Shown here in pieces: positions 46,801 to 57,305 of a stretch of DNA of 64,000 nt. Position 1 is the first letter of the stretch, and each line of letters begins with the position of its first letter. The notes beneath the pieces are model-generated. The model was not told the DNA's origin, did no database searches, and worked only from the letters and a program-made list of their open reading frames with translations. The stretch spans positions 124,001 through 188,000 of the forward strand of contig CP128818.1 of the NCBI GenBank assembly GCA_051546255.1. The letters run 5' to 3'. Source of the DNA: Meyerozyma guilliermondii (Eukaryota). The position numbers and the translations under genes are program-made.

Positions 46801-48757
46801 TCCTAAAGGAAGCCCAGAAATGAAAGAAGACGTTTCACTTATTCGTGTGTTGAAAAAGAAGGTGGAAGACATAAGATACTACCCAATGGCTGTAAGTTTG
46901 CATTTGGTGGATGCCGTGACACTAGTCTTTAGTTCGTGGTCGGCAGTGAGAGAGCTGGAAAATGACTTGAAGTTTGTCAATGAGCTTCTTCAAGTTGCAC
47001 AGGAATACGCACTCGGAAATGAAACTACAGACTCAGATGATGCAGCAATTACTCGATGCTATCGCCTCAAATTGTGCTCCAAAATTGTACAAATACTTTC
47101 GTCGTTTCTATTTTCGTCTAATAGCGAGGCATGCAAAAGTGCTATTATCAAGGCCATAACTTCTCAATCTTTCATTGATAACATTGCCAATGTGCTTACC
47201 ATAAGGAACTACGACTCTTTGCTCCATTCCAAGTTGCGAGAAAGCTTTGAAAACTTATTGCCTAATTTAAAATTAGACGACTTTTCATCGGCATTAATCA
47301 AAAGAAACAGATTTGGACCATCGACCGTCTACAATTTTGTCCTACTTGACAAGTTGATCCCCAGAAACCAACAAGGAGAACAACTTAGACAGCAAATACT
47401 CGATGCAAGCATGAACATACAATACGTTCAGGCTCAAATTGCTCTTTCGAAAGCATACGGAGCCATGATTTCGTCTTATGTGCAGCAGTCCAGCCCAATA
47501 GATTCCAAGGTATTTGGCTTGGTGTTGCAATTGCTCAAAGCAAATGCTGCTGAAGATGTACCAGCATCTACGTTTGAAGATGTTTACTATGAAAGAATTC
47601 AGCTTGCTTTCTTCATTCTTTACAACCACTTCAATAGTGGAGCAATTAAGGACACCGACCATCGGTATGTCTTTGAGATAATCAAGACTATTATGACCCT
47701 TTTCAGTACAGGAACAACCAACCTAACTCATTGGTTGACAGAGAACCAGAAACTGAGGTTGCATGCTCCATTATTGCGGATGTTGTTCTGCTGTTTGACC
47801 ACTATTCAAGGTAACACAAACTTGATAACCGAACACTTTAACTTGTTCAAAAGCATCTTTGAGCTCGTTGTTGCTCGCGGAACAAACTTGATTTTGATTC
47901 TGGTTCAGAACGACGTCTACCGCTCGAAAACGAAGACTGCCGATCAAACTGAAACCATGGACTCTCAGTTGGACAATTTGCAATTGATCTTGTCCATTAC
48001 GAAAGTGTTCATGAAGATGAAAGCATCTGAAAGCTTGAAATACGAATTCTCGTCCGCCGTTGAGTCCAACGGAACAATCCGGTCGTTGCTCAATTTGTAC
48101 TCATTTGCTCACAGCATCACTGTTGATGGAGAACACATATTTGCCCAACTCAGTTTAATGTTTATTCAAGATTTGATGTCCATGGATGTGCTTGCACGCA
48201 ATTTCGTGGACAGTGGACTCTTGTTGGTTTTGATAGAAAGCTTGATATCGACGCCTATCATTGAGGGTGGAATTTCTATCGTTAGTGCTCCTCATTACCA
48301 TCGAATCTGGACAAATGGAATTCTCCCAATTCTTCTTGTTACATTGCAAAAGTTGGGACCTCTGGTTTTGCCAGCAGTATGTTACGACCTCAAGTTCTTC
48401 AGGAAGCAAATTGGAACGTGTATCGAAAGCTGGTCGCGAGATGCCTCCAGCATCCAAATCACGACGGCTTTGGTGTCAGAAACGAGTCAAATCCTATTAC
48501 TTTACAAGATTCTTAGTGCGTTCCTGGATACTGCTGTGTCGGTGCTCCCTGGATTGGATACCGAAGAGAATCGCGAGGAATTTGCGGAGTGCTTGAATAA
48601 CTTGCTCAAGCATCCTAAATTTCTCTCATCGAGAGTCGCACCTAGCTCGCAAGAAGAGCTGAGAGTATGGGAACAGGATGACGATGGAAGAGCGATGAGT
48701 GCATTTGTGGGTGAGTTGATCGAGGAGATCAGAGACCTCAAGGATATGATGGCGTAG
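43880..48757 (+). CDS. NUP188: Inner-ring nucleoporin Nup188
   Basis: 1625-aa helical-repeat protein; AKFPLLLSPYI, YKFNGWSFLGR and IWTNGILPI segments typical of Nup188. Confidence 0.85.
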   Translation: MAPTAVPRTTSNPKLVVSLKPIQPIQLWTFDGVLSLLRAGQSQYVLDAVDEFLLLNSAILKSSSPFAVETKQILNKKQKEFSLREVLYSGASEKNMDDAESLARLLLVDAKEALRIIVQTSNRMPEAHSDTEKVKSKLPDDSVSHKQQQRLQLYVSRILRERRTVLHVVIELLNNKSNPSVSSAVQNLGRDLYLSTNYCSSMISTIGSLIDTIQEKGPSSENDINNIIYSESVATLIVSLKVVVELVTQNGSIDNNLAISWFKLMRSTNFMSILASSIRESESFMVIESISTAISVVLLDLIDTNSVFDASQPNHLEPSKFQEINTIISASSNHNTIIIFYWSIILYKKQIYLEETSSTNSENALTNIFSSEIVPSLHTLQARCEGVYQQISTTAEILRFDNIFAAILSNVLIAAIPLVSMTPEVSKCIQEVLKSAPRGMIQKFFEDPSVQQALIITRAKFPLLLSPYINLAGVSGTFAFNEFNELKSYMSLFKRDEFEMLTEIDDENTELVKLSQTVDIFPPFEQNKKLSLLMGLETKAKVIPAANEDEVLATFLYKFNGWSFLGRVLQNLSKNFDFTDREKVDTIVDIMSMLTKVVGEVSVEDSKHALTSMSAYTDDSDVLEVIFRLFEQSLHSRNIRMIESILNLLTQLVPIFSYRIWPAFSKSALLFDGTREGFATVIFGSIEMVNGDFRLTIALAKLTDALVYDCLTLDNAVPSKVKEAVLKKLVSHLIAVMESYAQCNFRSFQQKMETGVILLDAFRGILASVYGIHHHGKTAKDNVLIATLVPAAETLLSTFTNQAYGSARSFYPIISMIESLSDGLTQYELLDCLSFWYLNWIQCSLSFAQLVISIRTSLRLPVSPFEIAMFQRLPDLVSAYASYECLGNDILNTLTALANGLNSGTQDAGSRLSMLSHLGREHSKSLRASLISDLENLLDDHAIKISLYDFICAVMGGRQEGLAVLLSGRNVFGDPKGSPEMKEDVSLIRVLKKKVEDIRYYPMAVSLHLVDAVTLVFSSWSAVRELENDLKFVNELLQVAQEYALGNETTDSDDAAITRCYRLKLCSKIVQILSSFLFSSNSEACKSAIIKAITSQSFIDNIANVLTIRNYDSLLHSKLRESFENLLPNLKLDDFSSALIKRNRFGPSTVYNFVLLDKLIPRNQQGEQLRQQILDASMNIQYVQAQIALSKAYGAMISSYVQQSSPIDSKVFGLVLQLLKANAAEDVPASTFEDVYYERIQLAFFILYNHFNSGAIKDTDHRYVFEIIKTIMTLFSTGTTNLTHWLTENQKLRLHAPLLRMLFCCLTTIQGNTNLITEHFNLFKSIFELVVARGTNLILILVQNDVYRSKTKTADQTETMDSQLDNLQLILSITKVFMKMKASESLKYEFSSAVESNGTIRSLLNLYSFAHSITVDGEHIFAQLSLMFIQDLMSMDVLARNFVDSGLLLVLIESLISTPIIEGGISIVSAPHYHRIWTNGILPILLVTLQKLGPLVLPAVCYDLKFFRKQIGTCIESWSRDASSIQITTALVSETSQILLLYKILSAFLDTAVSVLPGLDTEENREEFAECLNNLLKHPKFLSSRVAPSSQEELRVWEQDDDGRAMSAFVGELIEEIRDLKDMMA

Positions 48758-48976
48758 GATGTGTGAACTGAAGAGACGTACTAAAGAGATGAACAGTGTG
48801 GACTGAAGAGATACTAGAGATGAATGCAAAAGACATAAATGTATTTACGGTAGAAATTGTCAAAAAAGTTTTAAGTTTTCTACGATTTGTTGGAAGTGAA
48901 GAGCAATTCAAATTCGTTTCATAGCAATCATCAAGTCATTCCAATCATACCAACTAATGGTATATCATATCTCACG

Positions 48977-48983
48977 TCGTATA
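48977..48983 (+). promoter_or_regulatory. Sterol regulatory element (Upc2 site) upstream of ERG12
   Basis: Exact TCGTATA 65-71 bp upstream of the ATG. Confidence 0.6.
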
Positions 48984-49047
48984 CATTTTTTGGTCCTGTA
49001 CCGAGTTGGCTGCGAATTCATTTCGCGAATTTTTATCACCACTCGTC

Positions 49048-50319
49048 ATGGCTCCATTCTACATAAGTGCCCCTGGCAAAGTCATTCTTTTTGGAGAGCA
49101 CGCGGCCGTGTATGGAAAACCAGCATTGGCAGCAGCACTCAGTTTGAGAGCTTACTTGCTCGCCACGGAAACAAACGACGATTCGCTCCGCCTTGAATTT
49201 CCTGATATTCAACTTTCACATTCGTGGAAACTCAGCGAATTACCGTGGGAAAATGCCCAGGCTCACATCGAGCGGAAGAATGGGAAACCGGTTCCCACAG
49301 ACGAATTGAACCCTGAAGTCATTAATTTGATCGGTGAATTTTTGGGTGACATTGAATCCACAGCCCACTATACGACATGTCTATGTTTTCTTTATTTATA
49401 TTTGCACTTGTGTGATCCCCTGGTAGCCAGCAGAAGCTTTTGTATTCGTTCCACGTTGCCCATTGGAGCAGGACTTGGATCCTCAGCGAGCGCAGCTGTG
49501 TGCTTGACTTCCACATTGGCGCTTTTGGGCGGCCATATACGATCTCCACAATATTCGGAAAAACAAAGAGTCTCGTCTGAGAACCCAGACGCAGAGTTCA
49601 TTGATAGCTGGTCGCTTATGGGAGAGAAATGCTTTCATGGAAACCCCAGTGGAATCGACAACGCTGTAGCGACCCATGGCGGAGCTGTGATGTACCAAAG
49701 AATGCTGGCTCCCGATATGCCCTCGGTTCGAACTGCAATGCGCAACTTTCCTCCTCTCAAATTGCTACTCACCAATACCAAAGTACCCAGAAGTACCGCA
49801 GAGCTTGTGGGTGGAGTCGCCAAAGTGAATACAAGACACCCTAAAACTGCCGGTTCGATTCTCGACGCTGTCAGCCATTTGGCCACGGACGCATACCACA
49901 TTATGTCACATCCATCGTTTGCAGCAGAAGACAGGGAAAGTCTTCGTCAACTAGTAAATATCAACCATGGTCTTCTTGTTGCACTTGGAGTGTCGCATCC
50001 TGCTTTGGAAAAGATCAAAATGATTGGCGATACAAATCGCATAGGAGCCACCAAACTCACTGGGGCAGGCGGTGGTGGCTGTGCAATTACCTTGTTGAAC
50101 GACGAAGTCTCTCATGAAGTACTTGAAAAAGTTGAAAATGAGTTTACTCAGGAAGGCTTTGAGACATTTGAGGCCACTTTAGGTGGAAAGGGAGTTGGGG
50201 CACTCTTTTGCGACAATGATAGTGATCCCGAAGTCTTTTCTGTTGAACGCTTTGTCAACTTTTCGCGTAGAGAAGATATCAAAAATGCATTGGAAATCGA
50301 CGGATGGAAGTACTGGTGA
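49048..50319 (+). CDS. ERG12: Mevalonate kinase
   Basis: SAPGKVILFGEH, PIGAGLGSSA, HGNPSGIDN, KLTGAGGGG; first ATG at 49048. Confidence 0.97.
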   Translation: MAPFYISAPGKVILFGEHAAVYGKPALAAALSLRAYLLATETNDDSLRLEFPDIQLSHSWKLSELPWENAQAHIERKNGKPVPTDELNPEVINLIGEFLGDIESTAHYTTCLCFLYLYLHLCDPLVASRSFCIRSTLPIGAGLGSSASAAVCLTSTLALLGGHIRSPQYSEKQRVSSENPDAEFIDSWSLMGEKCFHGNPSGIDNAVATHGGAVMYQRMLAPDMPSVRTAMRNFPPLKLLLTNTKVPRSTAELVGGVAKVNTRHPKTAGSILDAVSHLATDAYHIMSHPSFAAEDRESLRQLVNINHGLLVALGVSHPALEKIKMIGDTNRIGATKLTGAGGGGCAITLLNDEVSHEVLEKVENEFTQEGFETFEATLGGKGVGALFCDNDSDPEVFSVERFVNFSRREDIKNALEIDGWKYW

Positions 50320-50438
50320 AGCAGAAGGTGGAATAATTTCTAAAAATTTACTATACCAGTTCATTCAGTTCATTGATTCAGAGCAGAGTAGATTGAATGT
50401 ACTATATACAACTATTTAATCTTGTAACTATTTGAGAA

Positions 50439-51425
50439 TTAAATACCTCTGTTGAACTCCAACTGTGTCACCTCGTTTCCGTTCTTATCCTTCAACCCTT
50501 GAAATTTAGGTTCCAAACTCAGCACCGCCAATGCTTGTCTTTGTGGAAAAACCGCCAACGCAAAAGGAAGTACGGCTAAAGACGTTACAAAGATCAAACC
50601 AATGTTAGTCAAAACTTCGAAAGATTTTGGCTTTCCTCTGAGAAATTTCAGTTTTTGCAATCTGACAAGGATCAATGGTGGAACTACCATGATCGGAGTT
50701 GAGTTAATAACTCTGCTAGCTGCAGTCTCGCCGACAGCATACCATGCTGCAATTTTAGAATTTCCTCTATCTTTTCCATCAGCGTCAAATACAGATATTC
50801 CCTTTCTAATCTCCTCGCTTCTCATCAAAAAGACATTGAGAATACCCGCCGAAGCCACGGCTGCAAATGGAACCAATCTGGTCAAAACTGTCTTTGTCAG
50901 AGGAGAAATATTTTTCAATTTAGGAACGAGAGCATTGAGTCCAAGAGCAACAGAACATGAAGCACCCACGGCCCAAGTATAATTGGTAGCGATTTGCTTC
51001 GTGGTGAGCGGATGACTCTTGTTTGAATTAGCTGTATTGATAGCCACATTGAGCGACTGGTTTGCAATCTGCCAAAAAAGTGTTCCTGCGGTTCCCAAGC
51101 CTGGTGTGAGCATACCGGCTGTAACTACCAAGTTGGAAAGTACACAAGAGCTCATTCTAAAGGGTAAAACCACCGTCTCTCCTGTATCGGGATGTACAGA
51201 AGAGTCCAAAACTTTCTTGGCTTTCCATAATTCTTCGGTCATTTTGGGTATCACACCGTTTTTGTAGTCCCAAACTTTCATTTTTGCTGTTTCGATGTCT
51301 TTGGTGGTATTCAACAACATGGTGGGATCTGAAATCTCGGCGCAATGGCGCACACGGCCCAAATATGTGCTCAAGTCATAGCGGGAGGCCGGCAAAGGAA
51401 CAGGCCCAGATACAGAAGAAGCCAT
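50439..51425 (-). CDS. FSF1: Sideroflexin mitochondrial transporter
   Basis: SRYDLSTYLGR, HPDTGE, PFRMS, WQIANQSLNVAIN, FNRGI; first ATG at 51425. Confidence 0.95.
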   Translation of the reverse strand: MASSVSGPVPLPASRYDLSTYLGRVRHCAEISDPTMLLNTTKDIETAKMKVWDYKNGVIPKMTEELWKAKKVLDSSVHPDTGETVVLPFRMSSCVLSNLVVTAGMLTPGLGTAGTLFWQIANQSLNVAINTANSNKSHPLTTKQIATNYTWAVGASCSVALGLNALVPKLKNISPLTKTVLTRLVPFAAVASAGILNVFLMRSEEIRKGISVFDADGKDRGNSKIAAWYAVGETAASRVINSTPIMVVPPLILVRLQKLKFLRGKPKSFEVLTNIGLIFVTSLAVLPFALAVFPQRQALAVLSLEPKFQGLKDKNGNEVTQLEFNRGI

Positions 51426-51521
51426 AAATTTAGGTAAACGACAAGATCTCGATTTTTGCCGTTTGGAACCCAGACACCACGCAACACGCAACACGGCTGA
51501 ACGCTAACAAGTTGAAAGTTT

Positions 51522-51929
51522 ATGAGAGTTTTAGGCCATGGGGTTGATATAGTACGAATAGAGCGGTTTCAACGACTTGTCGGTAAAAACCCGTCGGATG
51601 CATACGTCAAACGTTTGACACGACGCATCATGCACGAAGTGCATGAGGCTCCACATTTCGAAGCACTAAGAGCAGCCGGTCGGTTTGAGAAAAGTGTGGT
51701 GTATTTGGCAGGTACATGGGCCATTAAAGAGGCCATCTATAAGAGCATTGATGACGCTGATCAAAAAAAGTTTCAGTTTAACCGCTGGTATAGGGTGTAT
51801 GGTAGTCGAGGACAGCCAATTGTGGGAAGCGACGTTTTTGACAAAAATCAACAATTTCTTGTTAGTGTGTCTCATGATGGAGGAACATTGATAGCCAGTG
51901 TGATACGGCAAATGAAAGAATGCACTTGA
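51522..51929 (+). CDS. PPT2: AcpS-type 4'-phosphopantetheinyl transferase
   Basis: GHGVDIV, LAGTWAIKEAIYKS, GQP, VSVSHDG. Confidence 0.9.
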   Translation: MRVLGHGVDIVRIERFQRLVGKNPSDAYVKRLTRRIMHEVHEAPHFEALRAAGRFEKSVVYLAGTWAIKEAIYKSIDDADQKKFQFNRWYRVYGSRGQPIVGSDVFDKNQQFLVSVSHDGGTLIASVIRQMKECT

Positions 51930-52007
51930 TATACAGAAAATGAAAGAATGCTCTTGATATTAAAACAATTATATACGTAATCTATTACTACTTTGCAGCC
52001 GTTTAGC

Positions 52008-53597
52008 TTATTCCCATTCAACGGTAGCTGGAGGCTTGGAAGTGATATCGTAGGTGACTCTGGCGACGCCATCGACCTCGTTGACAATCCGCGAGGCCAC
52101 ACGCTTCAAGAAAGCGGCTTCGAACACAAACCAGTCTGCGGTCATAAAATCGACAGTTTCAATGGCTCTCAATGCAATCACTTGCTCATAGGTTCTTTGG
52201 TCTCCCATGACACCAACAGACTTGACGGGCAACAACGCGGCGAAAGCTTGCGAAATCTGCTTGTACAAGCCAGCAGCCTTGATTTCGGCAATGAAAATGG
52301 CATCGGCTTCACGAGCAATTTTGACTTGAGCTGGAGTCACTTCACCCAAAACTCTGATAGCCAAACCGGGTCCTGGGAACGGATGTCTCCACACAAGATC
52401 GTGGGGAACTCCTAAAAGTTCACCCAAATGACGAACTTCGTCTTTGAACAACTCACGCAAAGGTTCAATAAGTTTGAGCTTCATTACGTCTAACAAACCA
52501 CCGACGTTGTGGTGGGTCTTGATGGTCTGCGAAGGACCCTTGAAAGAAATGGATTCGATGACATCGGGGTACAATGTTCCTTGCAACAAGTATTCGATTT
52601 CCTGGCCGTGAGCAGGCTTGATCTTGGCGGCTTCTTCTTCAAAGACATGGATGAAGGTGTTACCAATGATTTTCCGTTTCTTTTCTGGGTCAGTGATACC
52701 TTTCAATCTGCCCAAAAACAAGTCGCTAGCATCCACCACGGTCAAGTTGATACCGAGACCTTCTGTCAAAGTCTTGTAAACCTCCTCGGTTTCGTTTTTT
52801 CTCATGACTCCGTTGTCGACGTAGATGGCATGGAAACGGTCGCCAATGGCTTCCTTCATGATTTTGGCACCTACAGTGGAGTCCACACCGCCAGAAACTG
52901 CTCCGATAACCTCGGCAGTAGGACCTACCAACTTCTGAATTCTAGCAATTTCTGTGTCGATAAAGTTCTCCATGGTCCAGTTGGTCGAAGCCTTACAGAT
53001 GTTGACGGCAAAATTCTTCAAGATCGTACGGCCCTGGGTGGTGTGGGTGACCTCCGGGTGGAACTGGATACCGTAGATCGACTCGTCCTCGTTGGCAACG
53101 GCGGCGTAGGGAGAATTGTCGGAAGTAGCGACGATGTTGAAGCCGGTGGGAAGAGCATGAAGTTTGTCTCCGTGAGACATCCACACCTGTGAATGGTCCA
53201 CATCAGCAAACAAGGCACACAGCTTATCCTTGACGTTGAGTGTGGCTGGTCCGTACTCACGTTTGTCTCCTCTGGCAACTCCCTTTCCGTTGATCCAGGC
53301 AATCTCCTGCATTCCATAACAGATTCCAAGAATAGGAACATTCAATTTGAACACGTCATGATCAACGTGGGGAGAACCATCCTCGTACACGGAGTAGGGA
53401 CCTCCAGAGAGGATCACACCCTTTGGTTTCCAGGTCAAATCGGCGATTTTTTGCGTACAAGGAAGCATCTCTGCGTAGACATTGAACTCTCTGAGTCTTC
53501 TGGTTATGAGATGGGAGTACTGGGAGCCAAAGTCCAACACCAAGATGGTGTCGAACAGCTTGGAAACTTCAATTGGGACGTCTTCGGCGGCAGTCAT
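52008..53597 (-). CDS. GUA1: GMP synthase (glutamine-hydrolysing)
   Basis: [41 protein letters not shown]. Confidence 0.99.
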   Translation of the reverse strand: MTAAEDVPIEVSKLFDTILVLDFGSQYSHLITRRLREFNVYAEMLPCTQKIADLTWKPKGVILSGGPYSVYEDGSPHVDHDVFKLNVPILGICYGMQEIAWINGKGVARGDKREYGPATLNVKDKLCALFADVDHSQVWMSHGDKLHALPTGFNIVATSDNSPYAAVANEDESIYGIQFHPEVTHTTQGRTILKNFAVNICKASTNWTMENFIDTEIARIQKLVGPTAEVIGAVSGGVDSTVGAKIMKEAIGDRFHAIYVDNGVMRKNETEEVYKTLTEGLGINLTVVDASDLFLGRLKGITDPEKKRKIIGNTFIHVFEEEAAKIKPAHGQEIEYLLQGTLYPDVIESISFKGPSQTIKTHHNVGGLLDVMKLKLIEPLRELFKDEVRHLGELLGVPHDLVWRHPFPGPGLAIRVLGEVTPAQVKIAREADAIFIAEIKAAGLYKQISQAFAALLPVKSVGVMGDQRTYEQVIALRAIETVDFMTADWFVFEAAFLKRVASRIVNEVDGVARVTYDITSKPPATVEWE

Positions 53598-53642
53598 TTG
53601 GGGGCTGATTAGAGGCAGATGGTCAAAAAGTTAAAGTTCGCA

Positions 53643-53687
53643 GCGATGAGATTTTTCGATGTCCTGCAGATACGCCCGCGCGAGTCA
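53643..53687. promoter_or_regulatory. PAC/RRPE-like and TGACTC (Bas1/Gcn4-type) sites upstream of GUA1
   Basis: GCGATGAGATTTTTC from 53643; GAGTCA at 53682-53687. Confidence 0.55.
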
Positions 53688-54310
53688 CGGCTGCAAATGA
53701 ATCAACTCCAAGCACAGTACAACAGAAGTGAAGTGGATTGACTTGTTTGTGCGCATTAAAGCCACAAACACAAAAACACAAACACGAATTTCTGCTGAGT
53801 TGTTGAGATTTCCTCACCTGTAAAGTACCTGCTTCTTTTTGTTCTTTTTCCTTTCTGCTATGCGATCCCTTCCCCAGCCAAGACTCACGCTTCTGCGACG
53901 CTGGAAACGCTTTCAAAGAGCTTTATTAGATCTTCTCTTGCGTGGCTCAGTTCATGATCCTGGTGCCTTTATCCCACACCCAAACACCACACATTCCACT
54001 ATTATCAAGCAAGCATGGTTTACTCGCCGGTTACGCCACGCCCGTCGAGCCAGCACTCTCCAGAAGGGAATTGATTCGGCATTCAAGTGGCCGATCCATC
54101 GTAGTCGTGTAAAAGTTACACTAGGGTTTTGGTGATGGACGTACTGCAGATAAGCACAACGATCAAAAAGCCCAAAAAAGAGAAATTACCAATAAGGGCC
54201 ACAAAAGCTACTAGTATAAGTAATAGTAATAGAGGCTATACCAGTATGAATCTGTATTCTAATTAATATCGTCGCCAACCACAATTCAATTGTAGCCTAC
54301 TTTCCGCGAT

Positions 54311-54343
54311 GCTCATCGCATTCTGCACGTGCGAAATTTTTCA
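54311..54343. promoter_or_regulatory. PAC and RRPE elements upstream of YTM1
   Basis: GCTCATCGC at 54311-54319; AAATTTTTCA at 54334-54343. Confidence 0.65.
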
Positions 54344-54350
54344 CTTAACC

Positions 54351-55670
54351 ATGACAGACCAAGTCAAGGTTCGGTTTTTTACCAATGAAGAAGATGATTT
54401 GAAGGTGTCGGAGAATCCTATATTTGTTCCTGTATCGCTCAAGAGGTATGGGCTTTCTGAGATTGTGAATCACTTGCTCAATGATGGCGAAACAAAAAAG
54501 GCGATTCCATTCGATTTTCTTGTGGATGGAGTGTTGCTTCGAACTTCTCTTCAAGACTACCTTACGAAACAAGGGTTATCTACCGAGACGGTCATTGATC
54601 TCCAGTACACGCGAGCAGTTTTACCCCCAAGTTTTTTGGCATCTTTTACAAATGAGGATTGGATATCTTCCATCGACACCATCAACCCAGGGCATGGAGC
54701 TGTGTTAGCGTCCAATATGAAGCTCCAGGAGTCCAAGATTTTGTCAGGATCGTACGACGGAGTGGTCAGAACATACAATATGTCTGGCGAGGTGGAAAGT
54801 CAGTACATTGGTCATCTGGGACCGGTAAAAAGTGTGAGATGGATCTCACCAACAAGAATTGTTTCTGCTGGAAATGACCACAGCTTGAGGTTGTGGAAGA
54901 CCAAACTAGCAGGCGTGGAGGAGGGCGCCGAGGATGGTAAAACTACAGCTATTTTAGAAGGTCACAAAGGTCCGGTGGTGGACTTGGCAGTGGACTATAA
55001 ATCGAACAAGATTATTAGTGCTGGAAACGACAGTGTTGTTGGAGTTTGGTCTACGAATGCCAGCGACATGTCCGCAGTGACGGTTTCCGAGCCCACTGGT
55101 TCCACAATGTCGAAAAAAAGGAAAAAGTTGGCCCTTCAAGATTCCACCATCAAGCGCCGCGCACCTTTGGCTATGATGGACGGCCATGGCCAGCCAGTCA
55201 CAGGAGTATGTTTCGATGTCAATGACAAGCTGGTGATATACTCAGCATCCCAGGACCATACCATCAAAACTTGGGACTTGGTAACGTCTCGGTGCGTCGA
55301 CACCAGATCCACCGGGTTCTCACTTCTTTCCATTCTCCAACTTCCCAATTTGCATTTGGTTGCAAGTGGGTCTTCTGCTCGCCATATCAACCTCCACGAC
55401 CCTAGAGCAAGCTCCAGCACAGAACAGGTATCAAGGAAGCTAGTTGGACATACAAACTTTGTAGTATCCATGGCAGCTTGCCCAGACAAAGACCATATGT
55501 TTGCATCAGCTTCTCACGATGGAACCGTGAAAGTTTGGGATGTGAGAGCAGACAAGGCTATGTACACGCTAGGCAAAGGCGGTAAGGTTTTCGGGGTGTC
55601 GTGGGACCCAATTGGCATTGTGAGTGGTGGAGAAGATAAGAAGATTGACATCTATCGCGAAGCCAACTAG
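54351..55670 (+). CDS. YTM1: Ribosome biogenesis WD40 protein (PeBoW complex)
   Basis: Ubiquitin-like NLE domain (VPVSLKRYGLSEIVNHLL) plus WD40 repeats; likely ATG at 54351. Confidence 0.95.
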   Translation: MTDQVKVRFFTNEEDDLKVSENPIFVPVSLKRYGLSEIVNHLLNDGETKKAIPFDFLVDGVLLRTSLQDYLTKQGLSTETVIDLQYTRAVLPPSFLASFTNEDWISSIDTINPGHGAVLASNMKLQESKILSGSYDGVVRTYNMSGEVESQYIGHLGPVKSVRWISPTRIVSAGNDHSLRLWKTKLAGVEEGAEDGKTTAILEGHKGPVVDLAVDYKSNKIISAGNDSVVGVWSTNASDMSAVTVSEPTGSTMSKKRKKLALQDSTIKRRAPLAMMDGHGQPVTGVCFDVNDKLVIYSASQDHTIKTWDLVTSRCVDTRSTGFSLLSILQLPNLHLVASGSSARHINLHDPRASSSTEQVSRKLVGHTNFVVSMAACPDKDHMFASASHDGTVKVWDVRADKAMYTLGKGGKVFGVSWDPIGIVSGGEDKKIDIYREAN

Positions 55671-55852
55671 AGAATGAAGGAAAACGAAGAGTAGAAGAAT
55701 AATTAAGAAGCATAAGAAGCAGCTATTATCAGCATAAAAATGCAGATTTTATTTGGCAAATGTAGCATTGCAGCTTTTTTTTATTTGCAGCTATTTTCAC
55801 AATTTTGCAGCATAATTTTGCAGCCTATTTCAATTCGTAAATTTGTCTATTT

Positions 55853-57187
55853 TCACTCAACTTCCTTTTCACTCAACTTCCTTTTGCTCGCCCACATCGC
55901 AAGCCCATAGTACCCCTGCCACAAGCTTTCTTTGTCAGTAGTATACCCAACCAATTGGTTTTCATCCAAACTAATACGATTATCAATATCTTGCCAGCCC
56001 ATTCTTTTTCGTAAATGGGCAAATTCTTCGGCATTGAGTTCCACCCGAGCAGCTGTTCCGTACTTGAGAGGACCCACATTGATCCAGTAGCCATTTTTGA
56101 CCCCATTCTGGCCGCGAGTCAACTCATTGATAGTATCCATATAGTCAATCAAGTTTTCTGCCGTGTCCATGAAAAATGCCGTTACCACAACCACGTTTTT
56201 ATACGAGTTTGGTTTAAAGTAGCGAAAGTCTTCCTGATGCAAATGAAGGCTTTCTGGCTTTTTGTGAGTCGTAATCTTTGAAGTACGAAACTGGTTGGCC
56301 ATGGAAGTAAAATTGGAACAATTATGCACATAAGGGTAGGTGACATATGCACCTTCCTGCGAGTACATGAATTGGTTGCAAATATGCATAAGACCACTAA
56401 ACTCCACTGCATGAACTGCCGCATACGGCGCAGATGATGCAATCTCATGCGCTATGCGTCCAAGGCCCGAACCAGGCACTATTATACAAGTATCACGGAG
56501 TTCATTTTCACGAACAAATTGCGACAAATGCAGTTTTATATAATTTAAGAGTGGCTCGATTTCTTGTGCATCTGCATCCCAATCCCGAGAAAAATGCGTA
56601 AGTGCTTCTATAACACGATAGTTCGAAGATGAATTCTTTGCCTCGTCTTCATGATTTCGTAAAAGATCAAAATCACGATACTTAATGCCATAATGATCAA
56701 TTGCATGTTTTGCAATTGCCGATAGAAACTTTTGATTATCGCCAACTCGGCGGTCCATCTCGGCCAACTTGTCAAGATATCCGACTTCTGTGCATAGCTT
56801 CTGTTGCCGCCATGACATCATTTTGAAAAGTCGGTGACGCCGAGCACTGGTGCGTTTACAATTGGCTGCATATGCTTCAAGCAGGCGAATTGCAGTTAAC
56901 ACTTCTAAGCGACCCGCATCTCGAAGCTGCATGAACCGGGAATCATTACCCTCGGATTTGGTTCCAGGTACAATATTTCGAACGAGTCGTTCGTTTCTCG
57001 CGGCGGCCACGGTGGTATCGAGGGCCCCGGCAGCTCTACGCACCCAGTTTTGAAACATGGCGGTACGAGAGAACACGTTGGCAGCAACGAATACCGCTGC
57101 AAGTTTGACTGCGGGAAGTACAGGTAAATACACAAGGACAGCTGCAATGCAGGCGGCGGCACAAGCGGCGTAGATATCGGGAGGCAT
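55853..57187 (-). CDS. N2227-like (carnosine N-methyltransferase family) protein with N-terminal TM segments, YMR209C-like
   Basis: HFSRDW, VPGSGLGRIAHEI, FFMDTAEN, WINVGPLKY. Confidence 0.85.
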   Translation of the reverse strand: MPPDIYAACAAACIAAVLVYLPVLPAVKLAAVFVAANVFSRTAMFQNWVRRAAGALDTTVAAARNERLVRNIVPGTKSEGNDSRFMQLRDAGRLEVLTAIRLLEAYAANCKRTSARRHRLFKMMSWRQQKLCTEVGYLDKLAEMDRRVGDNQKFLSAIAKHAIDHYGIKYRDFDLLRNHEDEAKNSSSNYRVIEALTHFSRDWDADAQEIEPLLNYIKLHLSQFVRENELRDTCIIVPGSGLGRIAHEIASSAPYAAVHAVEFSGLMHICNQFMYSQEGAYVTYPYVHNCSNFTSMANQFRTSKITTHKKPESLHLHQEDFRYFKPNSYKNVVVVTAFFMDTAENLIDYMDTINELTRGQNGVKNGYWINVGPLKYGTAARVELNAEEFAHLRKRMGWQDIDNRISLDENQLVGYTTDKESLWQGYYGLAMWASKRKLSEKEVE

Positions 57188-57305
57188 ACGGTTCGCACGA
57201 CCCCCATTGCCGCATTAAAATACGGAAGGTGCGCGAACTTGAATTCAAACGACTGCAGAGCTTAAAAAGGGTGCGTCAGCATAGTGCATAACCAAAACGA
57301 AAAAA

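Noticed and set aside
49006..49047. TTG-initiated extension of ERG12 (and similar short extensions of UBC1, FSF1, HOS3, BEM3)
   Set aside because: Short, with no recognisable homology; the first ATG gives a plausible N-terminus in each case.
51993..53612. Chain of long plus-strand ORFs antisense to GUA1
   Set aside because: Shadow ORFs produced by the codon bias of a highly expressed gene; no independent protein motifs.
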